From NCBI GenBank assembly GCA_944329385.1, contig CALVIE010000001.1, positions 2,168 to 66,167 of the forward strand: DNA of 64,000 bases, given 5' to 3'. Of the stretch, positions 54,712-64,000 are shown piece after piece; positions within the stretch are counted from its first letter, which is position 1, and each line of letters opens with the position of its first letter. The position numbers were made by a program, and so were the translations under genes. Source of the DNA: an uncultured Bacilli bacterium (GTDB lineage Bacteria; Bacillota_I; Bacilli_A; RF39; UBA660). The notes under the pieces are model-generated. The model did not search any database and was not told the origin of the DNA. It worked only from the letters and a program-made list of their open reading frames with translations.

Positions 54712-55632
54712 TTATATTTTCAAATATTTTTTAACAGCTCTCCATGAGCCAAACATACCAACGGCAATACCAATGCCTAATAATATTAATGATGTTGTGT
54801 AGACAAATGGGACTGGTTCAATTAGTTTAATGAATGGCGAGAATAGATGACCGTCAAAGTTTCTATATAGGGCATTATAACCATAGATTGTTGTTAATAT
54901 TGGAATGATAGAGCCTAAGGCACCAAGTAATAATCCTTCGATGATGAATGGAATTCTGATATTTAAGTTAGAGGCACCAATTAATCTCATAATACCAATT
55001 TCTCTTTGTCTTGAATTAATAGTGATTTTAATTGTGTTAGAAATTAGGAAGGCAGTAACTAAGATTAGGGCTACTACGGCACCTAGGCATATTTTATGAA
55101 CAAAGTCAAATGTTTGAATTAGTTGTTCAACCATGCCTTCACCATATTTAACTAAGGTTATACCATCTATTTTTTCAATTTGATTAGCGGTATTTTTAAT
55201 TTTTTCAATATCTTTAACTTTTACTTGGAATGTATTTTGAATTGGATTTTCTTCATCGGTCCAATTTTTCATAATACTATCAAAGACGTCTGATGACTCA
55301 CGCATTTCTTTAGTAATATTTTGTTTTGATCTGAATTCGTAAGTATCAACGTTATCTATGATGCTTATTTCATCTTTTATTTCGTCAATTTTTTCATCTT
55401 TGGCATCATTATCGATGAAAGCGACAATGGTGACATCTCTTTCAACTAGTTTTGTGAAGTTATCAACATTATTTGAAAGAACCATTGATACGGCAACAAC
55501 GATTAGAGTTATAGTTATACAAGAGATTGAGGCAAATGAGAGTGAAAAGTTTCTAAATACACCTTTAAAGGCATCTCTAAAGTTTCTTCCGATAATTCTA
55601 AATGTTTTCATTACTGTATGTTCCTTTCTCAT
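54712..55632 (-). CDS. ftsX: cell division permease FtsX
   Basis: 4-TM FtsX topology with a periplasmic loop; directly downstream of and overlapping ftsE. Confidence 0.85.
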   Translation of the reverse strand: MRKEHTVMKTFRIIGRNFRDAFKGVFRNFSLSFASISCITITLIVVAVSMVLSNNVDNFTKLVERDVTIVAFIDNDAKDEKIDEIKDEISIIDNVDTYEFRSKQNITKEMRESSDVFDSIMKNWTDEENPIQNTFQVKVKDIEKIKNTANQIEKIDGITLVKYGEGMVEQLIQTFDFVHKICLGAVVALILVTAFLISNTIKITINSRQREIGIMRLIGASNLNIRIPFIIEGLLLGALGSIIPILTTIYGYNALYRNFDGHLFSPFIKLIEPVPFVYTTSLILLGIGIAVGMFGSWRAVKKYLKI

Positions 55633-56293
55633 AATCTTTTAGTACTCTACCTGAATCTAAAACGATAACTCTTTTATTCATTTTTTTGACGATATTTATA
55701 TCATGAGTAACCATGATAATTGTGGTTCCTAATTTATTGATTTCTTCTAAGACTTCCATTATTTCCATACCAGTGGTTGGGTCTAGGTTTCCAGTTGGTT
55801 CATCACAAATTAAAAGTTTTGGTCCATTGACAATGGCTCTTGCGATGGCGACACGTTGTTGCTCTCCACCTGATAACTGTGATGGATAGTTTTTTATTTT
55901 ATTTTTTAGTCCAACTAATTCTAGAACTTTTAAAACCTTGGCGTGGATTTCATCTTTGGGAAGGCCAAATATTTCTAGGGCAAAGGCGACATTTTCATAA
56001 ACTGTTGATTTTGGAAGTAATTTAAAGTCTTGGAAAACGACGCCTATTTTTCTTCTTATTTTATATACTTTACCGTTTCTTAGTTTACCAACGTCAATGC
56101 CGCCGACTATTATTTGTCCAGATGTTGGTTTTTCTTCTCTATAGAGCATTTTGATTAGGGTTGATTTTCCACATCCGGTTGAACCGATGATAAAAACAAA
56201 ATCGCCTTTTGATATGGTTAGATTTAAATTTTGAATGGCGGTGACGCCAGTTTTATATGTTTTTTTGACATTGGTCATTTTTATTAAATCCAT
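55598..56293 (-). CDS. ftsE: cell division ATP-binding protein FtsE
   Basis: Walker A GSTGCGKST, LSGGEQQRVAIARA, LLICDEPTGNLD; 231 aa. Confidence 0.9.
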   Translation of the reverse strand: MDLIKMTNVKKTYKTGVTAIQNLNLTISKGDFVFIIGSTGCGKSTLIKMLYREEKPTSGQIIVGGIDVGKLRNGKVYKIRRKIGVVFQDFKLLPKSTVYENVAFALEIFGLPKDEIHAKVLKVLELVGLKNKIKNYPSQLSGGEQQRVAIARAIVNGPKLLICDEPTGNLDPTTGMEIMEVLEEINKLGTTIIMVTHDINIVKKMNKRVIVLDSGRVLKDYEKGTYSNENI

Positions 56294-56313
56294 AAGTTTT
56301 CACTTCTTTCTTT

Positions 56314-57201
56314 TTATGATTTATGTCCCATTATTTCATAGGTGTCAATAACAATGACAAAGGCTTCTTTATCTATTTTTTTTATAGCTTCAGTAGCTAT
56401 AAAATATTCTCTTGTTGGAAGAGCACATAGCAAAACTGTTTTCTTTTTATTTGTATATCCGCCTTCGGCTTCAATTTTAGTGACACCATGGTTTAAGCTT
56501 TCCATGATGAATTTTTTGATTGCTTCTTCTTCGGTGGTTATAATTTCTAGGGTTTTATATTCTGAGATACCTAGTATAACTCTATCACTGATAATACCTG
56601 ATGAATACAAGGTTATGATTGAATATATGAATGATTGCCAACCAAAGAAGATACCACCGGCAAACATTATTAAGCCTTCAGAGTAGATATTTGCTTTACT
56701 ATATGGCATTTTACCATAATGAGAAAGTATTTGTTTTAAAACATCAGTTCCGCCAGTTGTAAAGTTATTTTTGAAAACTAAGCCTGTTCCGATACCACTT
56801 ATAAGTGCGCCACAAAGGGCACTTACAATCATTTCGGTATCGCCCAAATCAATATAGTTTGGTAAAAACTCTGTGGCTTTGATTAATAGTGGGTATAATA
56901 TTGAGCCGATGATAGTTGGTTTGGTTTTTTCGGTGCCTAAAAATACAAAGCTTGCGATTAATAGAATAATGTTTCCTAATAGAATTATTAATGATGGATC
57001 TATTTTGAATATTTTTTCAGTAATGATTGAAAGGCCACTTAAGCCAAAGATTAGGTTACATGGTTTTAAGAAAATATTAAAGGCAGCAGCGGAAAGTAAA
57101 ACACCGATAAAAAACATGACATAACGTTTTAATTTTTTACTACTGGTTATTTCTTTTAATAGATTAGAAGTATCTATTTGCTTTTTTTTAGCAAATATCA
57201 T
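56314..57201 (-). CDS. YitT-family membrane protein (DUF161 + DUF2179)
   Basis: Polytopic N-terminus and a C-terminal DUF2179-like soluble domain (KIEAEGGYTNKKKTVLLCALPTREY). Confidence 0.75.
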   Translation of the reverse strand: MIFAKKKQIDTSNLLKEITSSKKLKRYVMFFIGVLLSAAAFNIFLKPCNLIFGLSGLSIITEKIFKIDPSLIILLGNIILLIASFVFLGTEKTKPTIIGSILYPLLIKATEFLPNYIDLGDTEMIVSALCGALISGIGTGLVFKNNFTTGGTDVLKQILSHYGKMPYSKANIYSEGLIMFAGGIFFGWQSFIYSIITLYSSGIISDRVILGISEYKTLEIITTEEEAIKKFIMESLNHGVTKIEAEGGYTNKKKTVLLCALPTREYFIATEAIKKIDKEAFVIVIDTYEIMGHKS

Positions 57202-58296
57202 CCAGCATTCCTCCTTAAATTAGCGTTTATGAATTTATCTAAGTCACCATCCATAACTTTAGCAACGTTTGTTTCTTCACAGTTTGTCCTATGATCTTTG
57301 ACTAAGGAATATGGATGCATAACATAACTTCTAATTTGGGAGCCAAAGTTTATGTCTTTTTGCTCACCTTTGAGGTTTTGTAGTTCTTGTCTTTTATTTT
57401 CTTCTTCGATTTCATACAGTTTACTTTTTAGTATTTGCATGGCTTTAGCTTTGTTTTGAACTTGACTTCTTTCGTTTTGGCATGTTACTACGATACCAGT
57501 TGGAAGATGGGTTATTCTTACGGCACTATCTGTTGTGTTTACACTTTGTCCACCAGCTCCTGAACTATGGAAAACATCTATTTTTAAGTCTTTTTCGTTA
57601 ATATCGACTTTTACAGTATCATCAATGACAGGAGTTACTGATACTGAGGCAAATGAGGTATGTCTTCTAGCGCCTGAGTCAAAAGGAGATATTCTGACTA
57701 ATCTATGGATACCTTTTTCGTTTTTTAAATATCCATAGGCATATAATCCTTTGACAATGATTGTTATACTTTTTATTCCGGCTTCTAGTCCGTCTTCTTT
57801 GTCGATGATTTCTATTTTGTAGTTTTTCTTTTCGGCATATCTAGTATACATTCTATAGAGCATATTAGCCCAATCACAAGCTTCGGTTCCACCAGCTCCT
57901 GAGTGTATTTCTAAGACGGCATCGTTTTTATCATATTCATCTTTTAAAAGTATCATTGTTTCAATATTGTCAATTTGTTTAGTTAAAGTATTATTTTCTT
58001 CTTCCAGCCAGTTTAAGCTTTCTAAGTCATCTTTATCTAAAGCTTTAGCCATTTCTAGGTAGTCTTTAGTTTCTTCTAATAGGTTTTTAACATCTTCTAG
58101 GACTTTTTTTTCACTATTTAATTCCTTTATAATTTCTTCACTATGTTTTTTGTCATCCCAAAAATTTGGGGATAGCATTTCTGTTTCTAATTTTTTTATT
58201 TTATTTTGCTTTTCTTCTGGGTCAAAGTGACCTCCATAGTTGATTTAATTTATCTAAGTGTTTTTCATAAGTATTGATGGTTTCTTTTAGTTCCAT
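57198..58296 (-). CDS. prfB: peptide chain release factor 2, requiring a programmed +1 ribosomal frameshift
   Basis: ORF0 MELKETINTYEKHLDKLNQLWRSL ends at the canonical CTT TGA C shift site (58221-58227), preceded by the internal SD GGAGG. The +1 frame continues DPEEKQNKIKKLETEMLSPNFWDD... into the listed 57198..58178 ORF, which carries the GGQ and SPF motifs. Confidence 0.85.
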
Positions 58297-58378
58297 TGAT
58301 GTTCCTCCTATCATTAATTAATTATATCAAAATATTTGTAAATTTACTAGAGAATTTGAATGGAAAAAACAGACAATT

Positions 58379-58699
58379 TTAGTTGTCTATTTTTTTTAAT
58401 ATGAAATATTTACAGTCGTAGGCACCGTTATTTTTTATATATTGGTCTATATTTTCTATGTTATTTATTTCTTTGAATTTTGAATTTTCTTTATTACAAA
58501 ATCCTTTTAATCTAAGTTTTCCATAAGACCAGTCACCTAATATATAATCATAATCTTCAAAGTACTCAGTATATCTTTCTTTGATGGCTTCTAAGTCAAA
58601 GGCATTTTTATAATCTTTTATTAATTCATAGGTATTATTTTCTATTTTATATGTTTTCATTTTTCCCTCCGTTTTTATTATAGCACATATTTTATTCAT
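58379..58699 (-). CDS. yutD: YutD-family protein (DUF1027)
   Basis: EDYDYILGDWSYGKLRLKGF matches the conserved YutD core. Confidence 0.65.
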   Translation of the reverse strand: MNKICAIIKTEGKMKTYKIENNTYELIKDYKNAFDLEAIKERYTEYFEDYDYILGDWSYGKLRLKGFCNKENSKFKEINNIENIDQYIKNNGAYDCKYFILKKIDN

Positions 58700-59438
58700 T
58701 TGGCAGTGTTATAGAAGGGGTGGTTGTATTTAGATTTCCATAATAGTTTGGAACGGTGCCATTGACAATTTTTAAGGCAATTGGAACTTTTGTTTCTAAT
58801 TCGATATTTTTATTATAAAATGGTAAGATTAGGTTTTCGGTAATTTTTATATTGGCGTATACTTTTATTAAAGCATTATTGATTCCATAGTTAGTTAAGT
58901 CTGTAGAAATATTACTAATAACATCACCAGTTAAAGAAATTTTTATAGGAATTTGTTTTCCGAAATTAGCAAATATAGGATTATTAAAAATAAAACCACT
59001 ATTTAGATAATATATTACTCCATTTTTTAAAGCTTTTTCATCATAGGTGTCTAAAAGGCTAGCTTTGTATTCAACTTTTTGAAGGTCGCCTTTTTCGATA
59101 TATTTTAAATTTTTTTGAATACTTTTAGTAGCATTTGTTAGATATTTATTTATAAGTGATGTGTTAAAATCTACAGATTTAATTTCACCGTTATTGTCAT
59201 TTGTTATGATAAACAAATTATCAACATTTATTTCATCGGTCATATATTTTTCCACAGCATCATTTATTATTATACTAGAAAATTTTTTTGCTTCTAGGGA
59301 ACCATATTTAAATAAAGATGGCATTATTCTTGTTTTTATATAGTTAAAAACTAAAAAAGTACATATTATAAAAATAATTAGAAATAATGCGATAAAATTA
59401 ATGGGTTTTATTTTTCTTTTTAATTTAATTTTATTCAT
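58692..59438 (-). CDS. yunB: sporulation protein YunB
   Basis: N-terminal TM, about 248 aa, YunB-like pattern; it follows yutD as in Bacillus. Confidence 0.6.
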   Translation of the reverse strand: MNKIKLKRKIKPINFIALFLIIFIICTFLVFNYIKTRIMPSLFKYGSLEAKKFSSIIINDAVEKYMTDEINVDNLFIITNDNNGEIKSVDFNTSLINKYLTNATKSIQKNLKYIEKGDLQKVEYKASLLDTYDEKALKNGVIYYLNSGFIFNNPIFANFGKQIPIKISLTGDVISNISTDLTNYGINNALIKVYANIKITENLILPFYNKNIELETKVPIALKIVNGTVPNYYGNLNTTTPSITLPNE

Positions 59439-59454
59439 ATTTAATTATATTCAA

Positions 59455-59480
59455 AAAAAGGCTTTTTTAGCCTTTAAATT
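59455..59480 (-). terminator. rho-independent terminator downstream of P4
   Basis: AAAGGCT-TTTTT-AGCCTTT; on the minus-strand RNA it is followed by UUUUUUU. Confidence 0.6.
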
Positions 59481-59483
59481 CCT

Positions 59484-60437
59484 TTATTTAGAACTTAATT
59501 GATACGGATTATCCTGGCTTCCATCTCCTCCGGTAATTTGGACTGATGATGAAAGTGTTACTACAGGTCGAACACCATAGCTACTTGAATAATTAGAATT
59601 AATGTGTCCGGAACTATCCACACGGTATGCATAACTTCCACTCATGATTGACAGTGTCCACCATGAATCATTTATATACATCCAACTAGTACTTTGACAC
59701 TTAGTATAATTATTATTATTTATATAAAAGGTTCCACAGTTACTTTTATCACTATTACTTCTTATATATTCCGAAACTGTTGCTAAAGCAACTTTCCCAT
59801 TCCACTTTTTATTGTTTTCAACATTTATTTGATTTTCTAAATCTGTATTAAAATTTCCTACAGGTCCTATACTATAATCGCTTGTAATTATTTGATTTTG
59901 GGCTACGCTAGTTAAATTATTATAATATGTTCCATTTAAATATGTATTTAATGTGGCTGGGCGAGTCCAATTATTATTATTTGATGAATCCCATTCCATG
60001 TTTTCTATACTTTCATATTTCATTATCTTGATACTTCCATCTGAATTTATAGATATAATTCTCCAACCAGCAATTTCTCCATTAAAGGTTACATAATTAT
60101 TTGGATTTGCTCCTTTATATGTATATTTTCCATTTTCATATTCATCTTCATATAAGCCATTTCCTTCTGTTACTATATCTATCTCGTCTAATATTGCATC
60201 TCCACCTGTTTTAGGCGGAAAACATACATTATAAAGTTCATCTATGGCTGTTTGAATATTATTTGATGTCATTCCTGTTGTTTCATTACTATATGTTACA
60301 TTTTTACTATCAAAATATGTTATAGCTGATACTGCTGATATACATATTAAGAAACTAAATGGTGTAGGATAAAGGGAATTAAAGTTACAATGGAAAAGAA
60401 AAAAAGTTAGAAATAGATGTTCATTATGGAACATCAA
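59484..60437 (-). CDS. secreted paralog-family protein P4 (altered N-terminus, in an operon with upstream membrane proteins)
   Basis: ...SFLICISAVSAITYFDSKNVTYSNETTGMTSNNIQTAIDELY; core with KYTYKGANPNNYVTFNGEIAGWRIISINSDGSIKIM, KWNGKVALATVSEYIRSNSD and SWWTLSIMSGS; C-terminus VRPVVTLSSSVQITGGDGSQDNPYQL. The N-terminus lacks the MKK n-region of P2 despite near-identical DNA from TTAATATGTATATCAG onward. Confidence 0.6.
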   Translation of the reverse strand: MMFHNEHLFLTFFLFHCNFNSLYPTPFSFLICISAVSAITYFDSKNVTYSNETTGMTSNNIQTAIDELYNVCFPPKTGGDAILDEIDIVTEGNGLYEDEYENGKYTYKGANPNNYVTFNGEIAGWRIISINSDGSIKIMKYESIENMEWDSSNNNNWTRPATLNTYLNGTYYNNLTSVAQNQIITSDYSIGPVGNFNTDLENQINVENNKKWNGKVALATVSEYIRSNSDKSNCGTFYINNNNYTKCQSTSWMYINDSWWTLSIMSGSYAYRVDSSGHINSNYSSSYGVRPVVTLSSSVQITGGDGSQDNPYQLSSK

Positions 60438-60442
60438 AATAC

Positions 60443-61822
60443 CTAACTTTTTTTATACTTAAATTTATAGGTTACGTCTAATTTATAGTTTTCATTTGAT
60501 GCGAATTCTGGAATAGACATTTTTACTTCTTCTTCAAATTCTTTTCTAGTTAAAGGATTTTTTAAGACTTTTAATGATATCATTTCATATTGTGTTCGAA
60601 ATCTAGTCATTATTTTTCTTTCTTCTAGACGATATTCTTGGTTTGCTGCATTAACATCGCTTTCTGGTTCCCAGTTTGTTGGATTGCCTAGAACTTCAGT
60701 TTCTCTATCTTTATATGGTTGGTTTTTTGGAGCTGTTGATTTTTCACTGCTATATTTTCTTTTTGTTCCATTATACCAGCGCCACTGTTTATCTTTATAA
60801 CGATATAGTGTTGCAGTATCTTCATCTTTTTGATCATATTTATCAGTGTTTACTTCTTCTCTTGCACTATATTTTCCACTATTATAATATATTTTTTCGC
60901 CTTTTTCATTTAAATAATAAAATTTATATCCTGTCGTTTGGGTTATGGTTCTATAATCTTTTTCGGCTGGATAATTTAATGAATATTCTGACCAGTTGGT
61001 TTCTATTTCACTATTTTCATCTTTATTTGCATAACCAGCAGGTTGCTCTGATGAAAAATCTGAATAATCACCTTTAATATCATACCATTTCCAACGGCGG
61101 TCGCGATAACGATAGTAGTATGTACTGTCACTTTCAATATTAATTATTTTAGCTTCGGTTGGTATTTTTGGAATATCTTCCATATCCATTGGTAATCTAA
61201 TACCATATTCAGATATTTCATCTTGCAGTTCGCTATCATCAAAATAATCTGACCACTTTGTTGTACTTACTTCACGATCATAATAATTATAATATGGTAT
61301 AACATCAATTATAGCTTTACCAGACGGATATGATGATTGTTCACTACTCCAAGAGCCATATTTTACATTTACAGAACATTGTCCGCAGTTTCTAGCATTT
61401 ACAGTATATATGTAATCTTTTTTATATTTGGTAATTTTAATATCTCCTGAACATACTTGATTATCAGTTTTTCCAGTATTTATATAACCGTCATCATACA
61501 TATCATTTAATTGTATTGTGACACTTTCTCCTTCTAAATTTGGAACGGTTCCTTCATCTTTAGCATAGTTTAAGCTAGCAGATTTTAAATTATTATAGAT
61601 TTTTAAGCAGCCATTATTTTTAAAAGCGGTAACAACAATTATAATAATTATTACTATTGGTAAAATAGTTCCAAAGACAAAGAAAAAGTTTAATATAGGC
61701 TTTTTGCTTTCGAAGCTTCTATCAACGATATTTCCTTCTTTATCGACGTAAGTCTGTCGTTTCATGATATCACCCCTTGTATAATATAATTTTAGCACAT
61801 TTAAGTATATTTTCAAATACAA
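60443..61822 (-). CDS. hypothetical single-pass membrane protein with repeated YRY(R/K)D(R/K)xW(K/R)WY motifs
   Basis: Probable start MKRQTYVD; TM at about aa 45-66; two copies of YRYRDRRWKWY / YRYKDKQWRWY; 6-nt gap to the P4 start. Confidence 0.5.
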   Translation of the reverse strand: MYLKIYLNVLKLYYTRGDIMKRQTYVDKEGNIVDRSFESKKPILNFFFVFGTILPIVIIIIIVVTAFKNNGCLKIYNNLKSASLNYAKDEGTVPNLEGESVTIQLNDMYDDGYINTGKTDNQVCSGDIKITKYKKDYIYTVNARNCGQCSVNVKYGSWSSEQSSYPSGKAIIDVIPYYNYYDREVSTTKWSDYFDDSELQDEISEYGIRLPMDMEDIPKIPTEAKIINIESDSTYYYRYRDRRWKWYDIKGDYSDFSSEQPAGYANKDENSEIETNWSEYSLNYPAEKDYRTITQTTGYKFYYLNEKGEKIYYNSGKYSAREEVNTDKYDQKDEDTATLYRYKDKQWRWYNGTKRKYSSEKSTAPKNQPYKDRETEVLGNPTNWEPESDVNAANQEYRLEERKIMTRFRTQYEMISLKVLKNPLTRKEFEEEVKMSIPEFASNENYKLDVTYKFKYKKS

Positions 61823-61856
61823 AAAAGAAAAAAGTCTTAAAGACTTTTCGCAATGT

Positions 61857-63260
61857 TTAATTTATACCCGTTTTATCATCTGGTGATGTATTAAATATTG
61901 AGTCTTGGTTTACATCCAAAGTTTCAACTTTTGTTTCTGGTGATGTAGTTTGGCTAGGTGTGAGTGTTTCGACGTTTGGTGTAGTAGTAGATTCTATTGG
62001 ATTAGAATTTATATTATTATCTAATGTTTCTACTTGCGACTTATCATAAATTTGATTAATGCTATTAGTTAAATCAGTATTTAATGTTTCTACAGTATTT
62101 GGGTTATTTTCTATTGGTGCGATATTTAATGTTTCCACAGAATTTGAATTGTTTTCTGGTGATGTGGTATTTGTCATTAAATCGCTGTTTAAAGTCATAG
62201 CTGTAGATGGAGTTTCTGTTTGATTTTGCACCTGCGAAACAACATTTTGAGAGAATGTGTTATTTGCGGGATTTATCTCTTCTGTATTTGATGTTACTAA
62301 AGTAGAATTTATTTGTGTATTGTTTTGACTTACTTCAGGTTCAACTTGTTTCATTGGTGTTTGAGGCATAGGAATATTATTTAAAGGTGTGTCATTGACT
62401 GGTGTATTGTTTTCTTTTGGTGTTTTTTTCTTTCTTATTTTATTTATAACAATAACAGCAATAATTATAATAATAGCAGCAGCTATTCCTATAGCTAAAT
62501 AAATATTAGTCATATTATATAATTCAAAGGTAGCATTTATATTTTCAAGATTTTGGTCTAATAAATTCCATTTCAAATTTTTTCCATTATTATCGGTTGA
62601 TGTGGCATTACTGCTTATGGCCTTATAAGGCAAATTGATGTTGAAAGTTATATCCATACTAGAAGTCATTGCTTCTAGTCCTATAGCACTTCCTTGGGCT
62701 GCAGTGTTATCTGTTGTTGGACTCACCGTATTTGAAGTATCTTGTGTGTCATTTGGTGTAGTAACAGTATCATCGATACTAGTTATATCATCAGTTTCAG
62801 TAAGTGCATCTTGGGAACCAAAACTATCCATTTCGTTTTGAAGTTCATCAGAAGTTTCATTATCAATTTTGAATGTATATGTGTTTTTAAATAAACCTTT
62901 TTTTATGATAAACATTTTAGGATTTTTTTCAGTCATAGTTTGTTCAAGATTATATTTCACTTCTTTTTCACTACTTACATTATCAATATTTGCAATTTTT
63001 TTTGTAAATGTATATCCTGTCATCGTACCATCTGAGTAATCTTTTACTGTAAAGCCAGCATCTTTTATAGATTGAACTTCTTCGTTATCTACCATTTCAT
63101 CAGTGTCCGCTTGTTGCATCATGCTTGCTGGTAAGGCAACTATTATTTCATAATTCATTGACTTATCTTTATTTATGGACATTTTCCATTCATATTTTAC
63201 ACAACCTGTCATCATTAAACTAGCCAATATTAAGCATAAAATTTTATAACTTTTTTTCAT
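61857..63260 (-). CDS. lipoprotein with an extracytoplasmic domain, one TM helix and a cytoplasmic low-complexity tail carrying six VETL repeats
   Basis: Lipobox LMMTGC; TM IYLAIGIAAAIIIIIAVIVI; tail repeats NSVETLNIA, NTVETLNTD, SQVETLDNN, PNVETLTPS, TKVETLDVN. Confidence 0.5.
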   Translation of the reverse strand: MKKSYKILCLILASLMMTGCVKYEWKMSINKDKSMNYEIIVALPASMMQQADTDEMVDNEEVQSIKDAGFTVKDYSDGTMTGYTFTKKIANIDNVSSEKEVKYNLEQTMTEKNPKMFIIKKGLFKNTYTFKIDNETSDELQNEMDSFGSQDALTETDDITSIDDTVTTPNDTQDTSNTVSPTTDNTAAQGSAIGLEAMTSSMDITFNINLPYKAISSNATSTDNNGKNLKWNLLDQNLENINATFELYNMTNIYLAIGIAAAIIIIIAVIVINKIRKKKTPKENNTPVNDTPLNNIPMPQTPMKQVEPEVSQNNTQINSTLVTSNTEEINPANNTFSQNVVSQVQNQTETPSTAMTLNSDLMTNTTSPENNSNSVETLNIAPIENNPNTVETLNTDLTNSINQIYDKSQVETLDNNINSNPIESTTTPNVETLTPSQTTSPETKVETLDVNQDSIFNTSPDDKTGIN

Positions 63261-63444
63261 TTTTATCTCCCCTACTCTTTTATTTTAGAATATCAAAAAA
63301 TAAAGGTATTTGTCAATCTATTTTTTTAATGCGAAGGCTTTTTATGATTAATTTATGAAAATGTTTCAACAATATTATGGTGCTTAAATGGCATGAATGA
63401 GAATAACTAAATTAAGAATGAGTGGACAGTTATTTATATTTTTC

Positions 63445-63996
63445 TTAAATATATATATGTTTTTTTCTTGGAACTTCTATTTTATGATTTCTTTCTTTCA
63501 TGAAATTTTGTTTTAAAACGACTTTATTTTCATTAAGGCTTCTTTGAACATCGATTATTCTTTGGTTTTTTGAGCCTCTAAAATCAATGTTTAAACTGAA
63601 GTTTTCTATTTCGAATTTTCCATCGACAAGGACATCAATATATTTTAAAAATTCTTTCATTTCATTATTTTTTAATACTTCTTCATAAGTGAAACCAGTA
63701 TAACACCACACATCTAAACCAATGGCTTTAGCATGTTTAGCAATTTCTGTGCATGCTTTGGCTTGAAACATGGGATCACCACCTGAGAAGGTTATACCGT
63801 GCTGGGCTTTTAGTTTATCTAATTCATTATTTATATCTGCTATATTGACAGAAAAGCCGCCTTTAAAATCATGGGTGGAAGGGTTATGACAACCCTTACA
63901 ATTATGTGAGCACCCTTGAGTCCAAATGACGGTTCTTATTCCTGGTCCATCGACTATACTATCTGGCTGTAAGTTACTAGCTAAACGTATTTGCAT
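63445..63996 (-). CDS. nrdG: anaerobic ribonucleoside-triphosphate reductase activating protein (radical SAM)
   Basis: GCSHNCKGCHN (CxxxCxxC radical-SAM cluster motif in the NrdG context) and the glycine-rich SGGDP motif; nrdD is expected just beyond the window end. Confidence 0.8.
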   Translation of the reverse strand: MQIRLASNLQPDSIVDGPGIRTVIWTQGCSHNCKGCHNPSTHDFKGGFSVNIADINNELDKLKAQHGITFSGGDPMFQAKACTEIAKHAKAIGLDVWCYTGFTYEEVLKNNEMKEFLKYIDVLVDGKFEIENFSLNIDFRGSKNQRIIDVQRSLNENKVVLKQNFMKERNHKIEVPRKKHIYI

Positions 63997-64000
63997 TATT

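Noticed and set aside
1-64000. Scan for CRISPR arrays, rRNA and tRNA genes
   Set aside because: No regularly spaced direct repeats were found. No intergenic region has the GC content or cloverleaf-compatible sequence of a tRNA. The only two gaps over 300 nt (54300-54711 and 29768-29866/30186-30303) are explained by the elements described.

Overview
The window is AT-rich (roughly 28-30% GC) and almost entirely protein-coding, with most genes on the minus strand. The gene content points to an endospore-forming Firmicute with a streamlined genome. The best fit is Bacilli- or Erysipelotrichia-like, based on the delta subunit RpoE, Veg, YutD, YunB, YqeG, TmcAL, GerQ, the rpsT-gpr-spoIIP synteny and the spoVG-veg-yabG-yabP-yabQ-divIC cluster. 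Core genes recognised from their translations include rnhB, trmB, trpS, efp, rpmG (missed by the ORF track), nfo, argH, pyk, mutM, serS (behind a T-box riboswitch), polA, polC, rnr, prmC, prfA, ftsEX, prfB (with the classic +1 programmed frameshift) and nrdG. There are also two penicillin-binding proteins, an orphan histidine kinase and an orphan ComGC-like pilin. The most interesting content is accessory. Five paralogs (one a degenerate remnant) of a secreted protein family are scattered through the window. They share conserved N- and C-terminal blocks, a variable core with a WW(T)LSP-type motif, and GC-rich 3' ends. Three of them (plus the remnant) sit divergently next to a small HTH or RHH DNA-binding gene with palindromes in the shared intergenic region. 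Two copies lie next to paralogous Rpn-family PD-(D/E)XK recombination-promoting nucleases. One copy, and one partner HTH gene, are inactivated only by a +/-1 change in a poly(A) tract, and near-identical nucleotide cassettes are shared between otherwise diverged copies. Together this suggests a previously undescribed variable surface-protein locus system driven by phase variation and gene conversion. Other notable items are a catalytically dead (p)ppGpp-hydrolase-like HD protein co-transcribed with serS under the T-box, a candidate type-I-toxin-like 24-aa hydrophobic peptide with long-range fold-back repeats, tandem Spo0A boxes upstream of the orphan kinase, and a membrane-protein operon (lipoprotein with VETL repeats, a protein with YRY+D+xW+WY repeats) feeding into one family member. 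No rRNA, tRNA, CRISPR array or IS element is evident.
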